The notes beneath the pieces were generated by a model. The model was not told where the DNA came from. It did not search any database and saw only the letters and a list, made by a program, of their open reading frames with translations. A stretch of DNA of 61,576 nucleotides, the filler included, from Sphacelaria rigidula (lineage: Eukaryota): NCBI GenBank assembly GCA_964200075.2. It is 5 parts of 5 records of this genome, joined end to end, with 100 filler letters (N's around TTAATTAATTAA, not from the genome) between each part and the next. Parts side by side here need not be neighbours in the genome. Positions count along the whole stretch, not along the records: positions 24,672 to 36,906 come from CAXNAA020003972.1; positions 37,007 to 49,241 come from CAXNAA020003973.1; 3 more parts are not named here. One strand, given 5' to 3'. Of this stretch, positions 24,770-40,524 are shown piece after piece. Each line of letters opens with the position of its first letter. Position 1 is the first letter of the stretch. The position numbers were made by a program, and so were the translations under genes.

Positions 24770-25045
24770 GGGAGGCAGGGAGGAATCGATCTTTGCATTG
24801 ATCAGCACCACAGACAGAGACGACAACCGTGGGCACCCCGATCTTGTTTCCGGGGCTGCGCCACAATAACCCGCCTGCCGATACATGGCAACTTGGGTAT
24901 GTGGTGGTAACATGATGTCAATCTCTCGAGCGATTGAGAATCGCCGAACGAGGACACACAAAAGACACCGGCGAGGAACTTCCGCTCTGCTGTTGCTCGT
25001 CTCTCTGGTAGTATCGTCATCGACACGCGTGTACACCGCATTCTT
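24770..25045. repeat. Dispersed repeat, copy 1 (copy 2 at ~31545-31815)
   Basis: Shared tctctcgag...aatcgcc.a.cgaggacacacaaa.gacac.ggcgagga.cttcc.ctctg...tatcgtcatcgacacgcgtgtacaccgcattc. Confidence 0.7.
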
Positions 25046-25844
25046 TTGGTGCACCTTGCTACACCTGCTTAACAACTACTACAGATTTTTTTTTGGGGGG
25101 GGGATGCTTTATTCCCTTGGTGTAACTATTTCGCATCATGCCTGAAAATTAGTCACGCCATTTGAACCCCATGTTTGTGTTCGACCCCATTTTTTAGAAT
25201 GGGTTGTTGAAGGCAAGTTGAACCACACCGCGATGTTGAACGTCGTTTCCGAGGAAAGCGTCCTAATTGCAGTCGGCACGCAGCCATCTTTACACATTGT
25301 TGAAGCGTCATGGCGTCCTGACTGTTGCGTCTTTCTGTGCCATGAACGAACAAGGCGCCTTGTGCCCACACCCATCTATACTATAGTCAGCGCTGTACTG
25401 TGGTGCGTTCGAATCCCGCGAGGACGGTTTGATCTGCGGTGGGCATTGCGTAAGCTGCTGTACTGCTGGTGTATCCCGGCCTTTACAAAATTGGGATGCT
25501 GTTTCCAGGAGCAAAAAGGTCACGTGATGGCTGAGCCGCCGTTGTGGCTTCTTTGGGTGCTGTTTCCAGGAGCAAAAGTACTGTTTTCCTAGTCTGTGCC
25601 ACAAGAAATGTTTGAGCGACCCGCAGGGCTCCCAGGCGTGTAGTGAACATCTGGCGTTCCTAACATCTTGAGGGGCTGCAAGAGCCGTAGGTGCCGGCCA
25701 GGCGATCCAGGGTGACGTTCTATTTAATGTAGTATCCACGGCAGGTGAGCTTGAAGATTGAGCTGCAAATCGCAAGGATGAATACCCCAACCTTACCAAA
25801 TCCGTGTTGAATTTAGCATCTACGACAGATTCCGTCTAAGATTG

Positions 25845-26420
25845 CAACATCGATTTTCGCGTGCAGCAGTAGACCATTACTGCTCAAAAGACATGAAAGA
25901 GCTCCCGAAGTTGTTTTGCCCACACAGAATCCATCAAGTTGCGCGAGGTTTACACTGTGGGTCAACATCGATTTTTAGGATCCGATCGATCAGGGGGTGA
26001 ATCGTCGGTATAGAAATGATCGTAAGAGGGTTTTCTGTAATTTAGAATCTTGGGTGGGCTACGGGTTTCTCCCGTCGTCAGAAAGCGCATCACCGATTTT
26101 TGCATGCCGCAGGAGATGATGATTGCTCCGAAGGCGTAAGAGAGCTCACGAAAGTATCTTACCTACACAGAGAGGCATCGACAGGCGCGAGAGTCGCACT
26201 GTGAGCTGAGATCCGTACGAAGATGAACATCAATATCGTGTTTTATTTAGGATCTGCGGCAGGTTTGGCGTTTCTCCTGTCGTCTGAAGACGTAATCGAT
26301 TTTCCCATGTCGCAGAAGACGATGGCTGCTAAAAAGACACACAAGAGCTCATGAAACCATCTTTGCCTACACGGAGATGCGTCAAGTGGCGCCAGATTTG
26401 CACTGTGAGTTGAAATCGAC
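25845..26420. repeat. Three degenerate tandem copies of a ~200-240 bp unit
   Basis: cgatttt..catg.cgcag.agac.at..ctgct...agagctc..gaa...cctacacagag...gcgcgag...cactgtgag at ~25850, ~26093 and ~26296. Confidence 0.6.
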
Positions 26421-27205
26421 TTTGAAGAGTCTACCGATCAACGGCTGCCTATATCAATAAAACAACACACTTCTGTTTCGCTGGCAGAGACCCAATCTCC
26501 TACCGGGGGTTGCGAAAAAGAACACCACTAACCAAGCAAACCGTAACCGAAGGATGCAGGTGAAAACACCTACACCGTAGATGTATCGACTGATGCCGCG
26601 ATCGCCCAGCCCCAGAAAAGTGGCTGGTTGAGGGAGGAAAAGTCTACATGCGAATCAAACGACGAAAGGCGAGCACACCGAGCAACTGGGAACTGTTGTA
26701 CCACGCTTGGGACCGTTTTCGTCAATGTCGCTCACATGAGGCGCTTGACGCAGTCTGAAATCAGCTTCATGCCCTGTATGACCCTTTTCTTCGTAACAAT
26801 TTTGGGGCTGGTTTGGGGGGGGGGGGCGTTATCGTGACATCACTCTATCGCGGATTACAGTTTTTTCTATCAGCCGGGGCGCAGACTGAATCTTTGCTTC
26901 CTCGTGAACTGCGACGCTCACGCAGCCGCAACTTGCGTCGTTCGAGATACATGTACATGCAAACGGCGTCTTATGCGGCAATCAAGGGCATCTTGTCTAT
27001 GAAGAAAATATCCATGACTGTGTTTCTCATTGACCGCACGACCCTCTCTGTCTTTGTACGCTCACGCCACGTTCGTAGGTTCAAAAATTGCATACCGAAT
27101 ACCCACCTACTTGGAACACACACGTGCACCACACGTCGAACACATTAAAAAGGTATCATGACAGAAAGCTAAGGTAGACACCCCCCCCCCCCGAGCGATT
27201 TTAGT

Positions 27206-29991
27206 TTACCTCCCTTGAGACCACCACGCTTTGTTGGCACGGGGTAACACTACTGCTGCTTCTTTGGCACGCAGGGGCAAGGCATGTCCCGAAACCCCGC
27301 CCCCCCTGATGTCATCGACTCCACCTTCCCCACTACTACCCAACCCATTCCTGCTCTCGTTGTTATGCCGTCGCTTCGGCGGCTCCTTGCGAGGAACGTC
27401 CCTGCAGCCGTTTTTGTCGACGACCTTCATCGTGAAACCGACGGAGCTAACGAGGTATCTGTTGTCTAGCTGCTGAAAGCAAATCTCCATCAACTTGCTT
27501 GCCTCATCTAATGACATGCCAGACCGATACCCGTTGTCCAGCAGGCTCAGCGCGAACCGGGAGGCGAGGCCGTGAGCGCCAAACGGTACTTTCTGAAGGG
27601 CGCCCAAGGCGTCCATCCAAAAGAGTTCAGGTTCTCCTGCTGCCTGTTATGCCCATTAGGACGAAAGGGCGAGAATCGGGTAATCGAGCAAACCGTTTCC
27701 CTTTCACATTTTATCATGGTAACTCACTCCATTTTTTTTGTCGTATATTGATACTCTTCGGGGTTTTGAACACGATTCTGATTTTGAAGGAAATGGAGCG
27801 GGAGAAAGAGTCAGGTCTCCAATGTACGCTAACGGTTCGTTTCACCTCATGCTGCACAAGGCGAAGAGGGTTGAGTGTCACCAAGGCTACGAAAAAAAAT
27901 ACCTTGCTGAAATGGTGTTAAAATCTTCAGGGGAATCAGTGAATCGAAAATTGCGGAGTAAGAAGGCCAGGTTTGGGGTCACAGCGAACTCTACAGCACA
28001 ACGTGTATCCAAGGTATGACATTCCCGCGCTGTACCCAACAGCGGTATATTTTCAAGTACATGTATATCAAAGGTGCTCAATGTGACATGCTTGCTCTTG
28101 GGTGCCCTGGATTTTCAGGGCAGAACGAGTACCTGGTACTCAAGGTTTTGAACGGTCGACTGCCAGAAACACTCAATACTTCCGAGACATGAACTGCGAA
28201 AAATACTGAGAGTTCCAGAGGATGCAGGTTATCGACTTCTGAAGGTCCTGAGTACCTCAGGGGCGTTGTGTACGCACCCCCCGAATTACTCGGTGTGGTG
28301 TCTGGGTTATGAAGTACAAGCATTGGCCATTTCGAATACCCAGAGTACCTACGACCAAAACTACGGGGTACCCCAGGATGCCTTCGAAGCCCGCCCCACG
28401 AGATGCCCTGTGTGGTTCCTGGAGTACTGAGCACATGTACTGAGTAGTCCGGGTATTCAGGGTACTGGTTGCCCAAAGTGGTCAGTATCTGCAGGGTACC
28501 CGAAATACGACTATCAAAATATTCAGTATTCGAGAGTACCCGGGGTATAGAGAGCCGAATGTACTCAGTACTCTTGAGTAACTCGGATATCGACATCGCA
28601 CAATATTCCCACTTTGTACATTAGCCTACCCTAAGCACCATCGGCATGTACGCGGGGTTTTGATTTAAACAAATACATTTCAAGATTAGGGGCGAGCGCA
28701 AACCTCGTCCCATCCTCCGAGAAGAGCTGTGACGGATTGTCCTGCCCCTCGCTTCCGCAGCTTTTCTGCTAGACTCCGCCTCGCCAAGTTCGCAACAGCC
28801 CGCACACCCACCGACCGGGATGACTCCAGTTTCATCAAGCACACGTGACGCTGTGCGAAGGTCGTGGACAGACAAGACGGGAACCGAACACCAGTGAGCG
28901 ACAAACACCAGCACTGTGGATATGAAAATTTGAACTTCAAGAGCACGCGCACCAGCGAGCTAGTGAGGCGAGACACGAAATGGAAACGGCAGTAATCTGA
29001 CGTGACGTGTTCTTGTGGCCACGACCTTCGGCGAGGCGGTCGTTTACCCGATGTAAGTGCGCACGGTAGCTGTGCCATTTCGCTGCGAGCGATACAATGC
29101 GAGTAGATGGGCGACATGACGCAGTGCATGCGGCACACATGAGTGATTTGTTTCCAACGAGGAGCACCTCAGCTTGTCATCGCACCTTGAGCCATTCAAC
29201 GAACATTTCCACGTCCCCCTGGTCGCCGGAGGCCGCAACCAAGATATTGTCGGATAGCTCCACCACCTTTCGATAATCCTGGTTCACAAAACACGCCGAA
29301 GGAGCTGAGCGCTCGAGTTGGAGTTCGGTGCGCAGACAGTCATGATATTGCAGCATAACATTGGCCATGGGAAGGGCACTTTCGTAGGGTCGTATACCTT
29401 TCGCCGATTATCGCATGTGACCCCGATTTTTCGCGGCGTCAAGATTTTTTCACAGCTTTCGGAAGATGCCTCACAAGCGGTATCACCTCTTGAGGACACC
29501 AGGCAACACGCACTCAAGGCAACCCTTCTTTGCACACGGTTGGGTTCATCGGCGTCCAAGCCACGCCTAGTCATCATCTCAACGGTGCCATCGGAAGCGG
29601 AGTATGACATGCAACATCTGCGGCGACGAAACTTCAACCTCGATATTCTATGAGAGTGAATCCCTGCAACCCTCAAAGATCTCGCTACCAAAGGATACCC
29701 GAACGTTTCGTCGATATTTCCCAGGACGGCTTTCTTGAGAGAAAATCGACGCTCAGAACCGATCACCGTTGCCTAGTATCCTGTGACCTGCGACACCACA
29801 CCCGACGACCGATCGCCCTTTTATGCGGTGCTATTAGACGACAGAGCAGCCGTCATGAAACATATCCACCCAGACAGTTGCTAGAGATGCTCTAACCTCA
29901 CCGCATCCATCACCACCACGGAGCGGAAGAACGCGCTGTCGCCTCCCAGCAGAACAAAGTCCTGCCCGGCGATGCCCATCAACGTGTTCAT
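27206..29991 (-). CDS. PSMB2: 20S proteasome subunit beta type-2 (beta-4/PRE1)-like, divergent, with C-terminal extension; 4 coding exons, ~255 aa
   Basis: Phase-0 GT-AG exons: 29902-29991 (MNTLMGIAGQDFVLLGGDSAFFRSVVVMDA), 29186-29278 (KVVELSDNILVAASGDQGD), 28704-28850 (AVANLARRSLAEKLRKR...LLGGWDE), 27206-27643 (GEPELFWMDALGALQKVPFGAHG...LSLLD...KVVDKNG). Collinear with the beta-4 family. Confidence 0.88.
28090..28595. repeat. gagtac/gtactc-rich intronic repeat element
   Basis: Dense gagtac, gtactc and gggtacc motifs in both orientations; similar material at 44930-45130 and 45474-45640. Confidence 0.55.
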
Positions 29992-31544
29992 TTCTGAGGA
30001 AGGTGAGGAGAGAGGGAGGGTACCATCGTGTTGGAGCATTCCCAAATATCCAACGGGCATCAAGAGCTACGTTATCGACCCCTTTTGCCCCTCTGCTACC
30101 CATTTTTTTCCTTCGTTCGTGTATTTTCGTATCCCTTTTTCGTCTGTTTCCGGGCGAGCTAGACACGCGCCACTGCGGTGGTCGTTCGGCTGCATTCGAA
30201 ACTTAGCAGTCAACCGAAAATAACATGATGGGGGCACCACATTAAGGTCGCCCGATTGAAGGTCAGGTCCCGATATGGAGCCGGTAAACGTTCGGAACAC
30301 GGCTCATGGGTGTTCGATATTCAAATCTTCAAGTACGCTTCCTTCGCGGGAGGTGGAGTGCCAACTACAGTATTTGAGGAGGGTTCATTTTTTCGGAAAT
30401 GCTCCCTTGATTATCAACTGATCTCAGGTCTGAAAGAGAAAAGATATGTGTCTGAGGGACGTATCCGGAGGAGTGCGGGATAGATTGACACGGCGTACGA
30501 GGAAGCTGAGGAGACCGAAGTTGAGGTTTCTTGATACAAACTTTACATTTTGAGAATCTGAAACGAGGCGGAGCTGCGCACATTCTCATGCGCACTCTGT
30601 GCTTGAAATTGCAATCAGGGTCCAAGGGATTGCTGCTTCTCCTTGCGCAGTGGCGCGTGAGACTTTTTACTTTCGATTGTACTAGCTTGCCTCCTCGTAT
30701 TCGCTTGCGCTTCCAGGCTATATTTCAGGGTTTGGGGAATCTTCGGCTTAGCCGTGTACCCTTGGTTACTTCCACGCGCGTACTACGAACTGCAGTGACC
30801 CTGCGTTCCGCACATGAAAAAAGCAAGTAGGTAGTTGGAGTGAGAGCTGGTTCCTGAGGGCTCATCTTATTCAGATGTAGGTGAGAGACATTTTAATTGA
30901 GAAAATCAAACTGTTTAGTTTTCATACCTGTTGCGAACTTCGGTCGGGAGGAAGTACCGTAGCAACGAAAGCTATGATCGGGTTCGCCTGCCGTACTGCC
31001 GACAGCGTTGAATGAAAGCCACAAGACCTTTGCTGTCAGCGGTTGATGGCGTGGGTCTCAAATGCAACGACAAGTAGTTGATCGTAGAGCACTCTCGTCC
31101 CAGCTTGTAATGCATGATCTCCTCACATCGGAATAATTCTGGAAAGCTACTCGTACTGTACCGAGTTGTTCACGCGACCAGCGTGTGCTCCACATTGCAG
31201 CATGGACTGACTCCTATGCGCCACACTAGCAACAGTTAGGTCACCACCATACGTATATTTTATCACTCCGCATGTCAAGAAGGTCTCTACAAGCGTTCGA
31301 TCTCTCATACACCCCCCTCAACTGGCGTGTGGCAGGTGTTCTCGTCGGGCACCCAGAGGGTCAGATGTGGGTAAAATCAACGATGAATAACACCCCCCAA
31401 GTTCAAATTGAATATTTTTGTTATGGCCGCACCACCGCCCTTCCTGGCATGTGTGTCACAGAGAACAGTAGTAGCGGTAACGGGAACATTACCCTATTTT
31501 TCAACGATATGTTTCTCAGCGCACAGAGGCGCGTCCTCCCCAAA

Positions 31545-31815
31545 AGGAGAGGCAGAGAGAAACCCATATTCGCATTGGTGAGCTCGACAGGCAATTGTAA
31601 GAATAGAGGAAATCTCTCCGCAGCTCGATATTTCGGCACAAGGAAAATTGGGCACATTCTGGTAGCATCGATGCTGCCAGTCTCTCGAGAGTTTGGTAAT
31701 CGCCAAGCGAGGACACACAAAGGACACGGGCGAGGAGCTTCCTCTCTGTCGTTGCTTCTCTCTCTGGTGNNNNNNNNNNGTGATATCGTCATCGACACGC
31801 GTGTACACCGCATTC
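31545..31815. repeat. Dispersed repeat, copy 2 (contains a 10-N gap)
   Basis: Same orientation as, and similar to, 24770-25045. Confidence 0.7.
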
Positions 31816-31826
31816 GTTAGGTGCAG

Positions 31827-35031
<3,205 letters not shown>

Positions 35032-35926
35032 CTGGTGTTACATGTAGGGGGGGCGAAGAGTGTTCATCGCACGCCATCGTCAACCTCAGTCGCTCAGGAG
35101 CGCATCTGCCGAATCGGGATTGGGCCATTTTGAGCGACCGCTGAATCGGATTAAGCTCTGCGTGGATAACGCCGCCCGAGAATGGAGGGACAATAATGCT
35201 CCCCCCCCCCAGACTCCGGTTGAAGCTGGTCATTGTTCGTTTGGCGACTCGGTTTCGGGTGGCATGGCCACAGACAGTAAATGAATGGCCTTCTTGTGTC
35301 TGCATCACGCCACACATCTATAATATACGATTGTCTCCCATCTTCCGTCAACACAGTTGCTGGCGCTAAAAAAGGAAGGGAAGCATGTCTACACGATGTC
35401 AAACTTGCCGAAAACTTCCTTTTGCCGCATGCGGTGCACGGGTGGAAATTCTACTGCGTATCGCGCGCGATATTGACTGAGTATACACATGAATCCCCAG
35501 CACACGGACATTTCATTCATACATGACTTACTTACCGGCTGGGTTCCGACTACAGCGACTTACCAGGTACACTGGAGTACTGTCTTCGTATTATTATAGT
35601 TCATGATGCCAAGCGGAACAGTCGAGCACTCTGCGGTTCACTCCTATATATAAAAACATGCCTGACAGTAGGGACGCGCCTGTCTGGCGGCATGGCGGTT
35701 GTGGGAGTAATGGTCGCCATAGCCACCTACTTCGAAATTGTCGGTGCACGCTTATTGTTGCTCCGAATTTCTCTTGCCTCTCTACATTCGTACATTAACT
35801 TCGCGCTTCGACAAGAAAACAAGAACGACTGAACGCCCCGAACTGACCGTTTCATCGCATTGCCCCGCGCATGTATCGTAATCCCGCCGCACTTTTATCC
35901 CGCCGCTTCTGCTGGCACCCGCTCCC

Positions 35927-36351
35927 ATGTCACTTCTTTCACCTATGTCGTGGCTTAGACTGAGCGCTACGCTCTTCATCGTACAAGGTCGGAGGTCTCT
36001 ACCAGGTGCCAAGGCATTTCTAGCGAGCGGGTGCGGCAGCATTCGTTGCAATGGTAGTGTATTTCAGCCTCCCAAACTGAAGAGTATCAGTGACAGGACC
36101 CCCGGCTCCGGTGTAAAACGGACCGACAAAAACCCAAGGGTGACGATGGCAACGTCAAGTAGAGAGGAGGGGCGCAGCGGCGAGGATGTTAGAAGATCAG
36201 GCAACAGGCTCGCGGAAGAGACGTCCCCCTACTTGCTCCAGCATGCGCACAACCCGGTGGATTGGATGCCTTGGGGGGAGGAGGCTTTCAAAAGGGCCAA
36301 AGAGGAAGACAAGCCTATTTTTTTGTCAGTCGGTTACTCCACATGTCACTG
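35927..36351 (+). CDS. SPATA20: SPATA20/YyaL-family thioredoxin-domain protein (DUF255), first coding exon; remainder beyond the contig end
   Basis: [50 protein letters not shown], ending at donor TG|gtgaga. Start is either Met 35927 or Met 36146. Confidence 0.93.
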
Positions 36352-36906
36352 GTGAGACGTGCTGTTATACGGCCTGCCGAGGGAGGGCTGGGGTCGCTTG
36401 TGGCGGCCCCGGTTGGGTAATCGCCATAATCATTACGTATCTTGTGTCAATTTCTGTTTCATTTCCGTTTTTGTTCCACCTCTGTATGTCCTGGGATTGC
36501 ATAGACTATAGACTGTACCGCTGGGCCAGTGCTTTCATGGTGTCAAGAGCCCGGTTGCAGTGGTCAACCGGCTGTCCCAGTAGTACAGTTCACTGCTCAG
36601 CGACACAAGCTGTATCTGTAATGTATTAATTAGTGCATGCAAATCGTCGATGTGAGAGTATAATACTCTCGCAAACCACGATTTGAGCGAAGGAGCTCCT
36701 TTGCGCTCGTTGTGTGCGCCGAGCCTGCGTACCGTTCATTGGATCCCTACGGTTTGCTTCGTATGTACCAATTCAGCATGCCGTTTTTTATTTTGGAGCT
36801 GCGGGGCGTGGGGAGGGAGGGGGCGGGAGGAGGGGGGGGGGGAGTCTTGTGGGGTTTGGCTTAGGTGCTTTACGTCCGTGTCCGCATCTGGTTTGACATG
36901 TAGCAG

Positions 36907-37006
36907 NNNNNNNNNNNNNNNNNNNNNNNNNNNNNNNNNNNNNNNNNNNNTTAATTAATTAANNNNNNNNNNNNNNNNNNNNNNNNNNNNNNNNNNNNNN
37001 NNNNNN
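36907..37006. other. Artificial contig linker
   Basis: N44-TTAATTAATTAA-N44. Confidence 0.97.
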
Positions 37007-38776
37007 ATGATCATGAGTACGCCCCCCCACCACCACCACCTTCCCCCCTCGTGGGTCCTTATTTGACGAAACGGAGTTTTGTGGCCTACGTTCCTAAGGA
37101 TTGTATGTACGACGCCCCTTGTTATGAGCGCAATCTTTGTGAGTGCACGTAAGCAAAAACAGACATTTATAAGGTCAGAAAACAATGTGAGCCCACTCTT
37201 CAACGTGAAATATTTCTTGGATTCACCAAAGACTTCAAAGTTGAAAAACATGAGCCGCGATCGTTGAGTCCGACATACTCGAGGGGCGGTATTCACTCGG
37301 GGAAAGCGCCTTTATTTTCTTGTTTGTCGCGTTCTCGCTTTTTCTATTTTCTCTTCATCCTTCCGTACGGTAGTCTCCTTTGCAGTAGGATAGGTTTTGT
37401 GTCGCTGCTGCAGAGCGCGTAGGTGAGAGTTCATACCCCAAAAGGTTTGGTTTCTAAACAAGCTAGCCGCAACGTTTCCCATGGCATTTCGCTTGTTTTC
37501 TTTGCACGGCCTCCAGCCGCAACGTCTTTGCACGGCCTCCTCTCCTGAAACCAGCTGGAAGGGACCTGTTCCTCGTCGGGACCATTGCTAGACGTATCTT
37601 GGCGTTTTTTTCTGGTTTTTATCCTTTCCTTTCATGTCCCCTCTAACCCTTCTTGTTCCCGTTTAATTAGCGTCACTCCGCACTTATCGTCTTCCTTTTT
37701 TTTGTCTTCTACCTTCCCCGGCTCGCCTCTAGCAAGTAATTGCGTTTTGTTCACCTGAGGCACGCCTATCGTGTGATCACGTCTGGATCCCTCAAGAAAT
37801 ATTTAAATTTGCGACAATCAATTGAGTCGGTCAGTATCCCACCCAATAAAACGCCGCAACACGGCGACGAGAAGATGGACACAGATTCTCACAAGTTATC
37901 CAACCGCAGGGGTCACTTGATCCATCCCCAAGGAACCCTAGCCCTGCAAGATGAGCTGAGATCCGGAGAAGCGGATGGGAGACGGGCGTTGGTGCCGTGT
38001 GAGGAGACAACGGGTTCATGACAGCGTAAGGCTCCACATGCGGGCACCCGAAGAAACGGTTTTAGCTGCGGCACTGTACCGTTCGGCGCACACAGCGCAA
38101 CGGCGACGAGATTTGCAAAACTACACTACGAATCGCGAGGATGACGTTTTCCACCCCACGACACTTCGGCCCTCACGCGAGATGGGCTGGGGTTGAAAAT
38201 CGGGGATGGGGGGGTCGGTGCATTGGGGGGAGTGAGCGCGCTGCTTCTGTGGACGAAATAATAATGTTTTCATCAAATATTTCGGATATTTGTACTGTTC
38301 GCCCAGACGGTTTTGGTCGTTTTTTCACGAAGGGGACATGAACCAGCGGCGCAATGACCCTTGCCGTGGGACACGCCTGCCACACAGGCCGGACCTGAGG
38401 CACAAGCGCTCCTCACCTTCTTGTTTCACTGTCCCAGGATAGACAGTGAATAGTTCAAGCCGTAGGCGTTGATTAGCTGAGTACAACGTTCTCGGCTCGA
38501 GGCAAATCGGCTCGAGGCAACGAGGCACGATAATTTTCGTCAGACAAACAACGGATAAGGCACCCAAAACTACCAACGCCTTCGTTGTGAGCGAATATTA
38601 CGGCACACGCACGGCCGCCCCACTATCACTTTTCATACCGAAGATTTACCGTCAAGCACACGCTACTGTGTCAATCACTAGTCTATTGCAATAGCAATAC
38701 ATCAAGATCACTGACCATCGATAGTCATTGTGCACCGTACTAGAGCTCTAGACTGTTGGATGTATATATCGACAGT

Positions 38777-39345
38777 CATTCCTTTCATCAGTTTATCTGG
38801 TGAGTCATCTACATGATCGTTGCCGTCAGCAATAGATTTGACGAGCAATCTATCACTAGCCGTTGCCGTCATCAATAGATGCCGGGGACAATCTATCGAT
38901 AGCCTTTGTCGCCAGCAATGGATTTGGAGGTATCTGTTGAGCGATAACCACTGCCGTCTACAATATATTATCGTAGAAAGCATCTAGCAATAGACAACGC
39001 CGCCAATAACAGGTTTGGAATCAATATATTTACATACAGGATGTATTTCATTGCAGCGATCTCAGGGCATCAATGACAAATATCTCAACACAAACACACG
39101 CATCTATCTGAGGCGGCAGCTGGTAATAGCTTGTGTGGAAGGTGGAAACATCAGTACTTATTCACCTACCCCATTCAGCTCCTATTGTGACCAGCAATAG
39201 ATATCGTGGCTGCGATTCGGGTCTTCTTGTGATCGGCTACATACATGGTTGACCACAATTCAGATCCTATTGTGACTATCAATGGACATGGGTGGTCGTG
39301 ATTGAGATCATTTTAGAACAAGTAACATATATCGATAGGCGACTT
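38777..39345. repeat. Two clusters of degenerate ~42-43 bp tandem repeats
   Basis: cgttgccgtcagcaatagat...aatctatc..tagc units at 38818, 38861, 38904 and 38949; attcag.tcctattgtgac...caat.ga units from ~39173. Confidence 0.6.
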
Positions 39346-39775
39346 GGTCACTCCGCTGTCACGGCAGCGATACATGCGGTCCAACTACCCGATTATATTG
39401 TTGACTCCAATAGCTGTCGCAGACGTCATTGATAACGGACGTTGGCAGTCACATTTTCGGGGCTATTGTGGCGGTAATGTTGTCCATTGTATGGACACAT
39501 CTCACCCACACACACAAACGTACTTGCACTGTGGCCAGATCCCTTTTCGCGCGACGCCAGAGGATATTGTGCCACAAGTGCAAAATGCGTGCAGCAAGAC
39601 ACAGAAGTCCTTGAAACGACATTTGCTTCAACCGTTTCGAAAGGGGGCAATACGCCCGGCTAGTACCTACATGCAAGCTAAGCGTGTGTACCTTGTTGGA
39701 GGGCATCCCACAATTTCCCACGAAACCCCTTGGGGGGGTGCAGGCGGCATACACCAGATACCATACCACATCATC

Positions 39776-40090
39776 GCCACTGTGCACCGGTGGTCGAGCG
39801 GTACAATTGACACCATTAGGGCGGAGGAAACTCGGGTTCGGTTCCCCCCAAATGCGTCTAGCTTGGGTCTTTCCCCATAAGTGTCTGGCTTCCATGGTTA
39901 AAAGCGTGAAGACGTGAGTGGCGAAAAGAGTATGTTTGGTCGAGTTTGTTAGACGACAGTCGACGCGGTGCGGGGGTCTTGATCCAATCCGAGTTATCGA
40001 GTTGTATGGCGTGTACCGGGGTAGAAATGGGTCGATTCCTTGAGATCACGGACTCACCCTAGGAAAGAGGACGAGTTAGAAGTCAAACCA
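39776..40090 (+). mobile_element. tRNA-derived SINE family A, full length, diverged
   Basis: A-box-like tggtcgagcgg, B-box-like gggttcggttcc, 3' core cttgagatcacggactcaccctaggaaag. Confidence 0.7.
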
Positions 40091-40524
40091 GTGAATACCT
40101 AAATGTATATATGCGAGGCTTGTGTGGGGCAGACGTACCATGTCTCTGCAGTACGCCACTTGCACCCCTGAAAGAGTCCGATGCTTGTTAACCACTGATG
40201 TCGTGGTAATTTGTTCAGCATGCCCAAGTGTTTCAGCTTTTGTTCATTTACAACATAAATCGATAAGTCAAAGAGTGCCACACATGACAGGGGTCTGGAA
40301 GAAGGAGGGGACGGGGTGGCAGACAGTAAAGCCCTAGAAAAGTCGGAGCTCCAGGGACGTAAGGGTTGACGCAATTTCGTCGGTGTACACCGCTTGAAGA
40401 ATTCGTGTAAGCGTCGACGGAGGGCTTACACATTTTCAGCGAGGTGATTGAAGCGTTGCCCCACGTAGAAGTACAGGGCATGGGGATCACGACGATATCT
40501 TGAATGGGTTCTGGGCATCCGTAC

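Noticed and set aside
38777..39345. CRISPR-like array
   Set aside because: Units are degenerate throughout, variable cores are only ~10 nt, there are no cas genes, and the context is eukaryotic.
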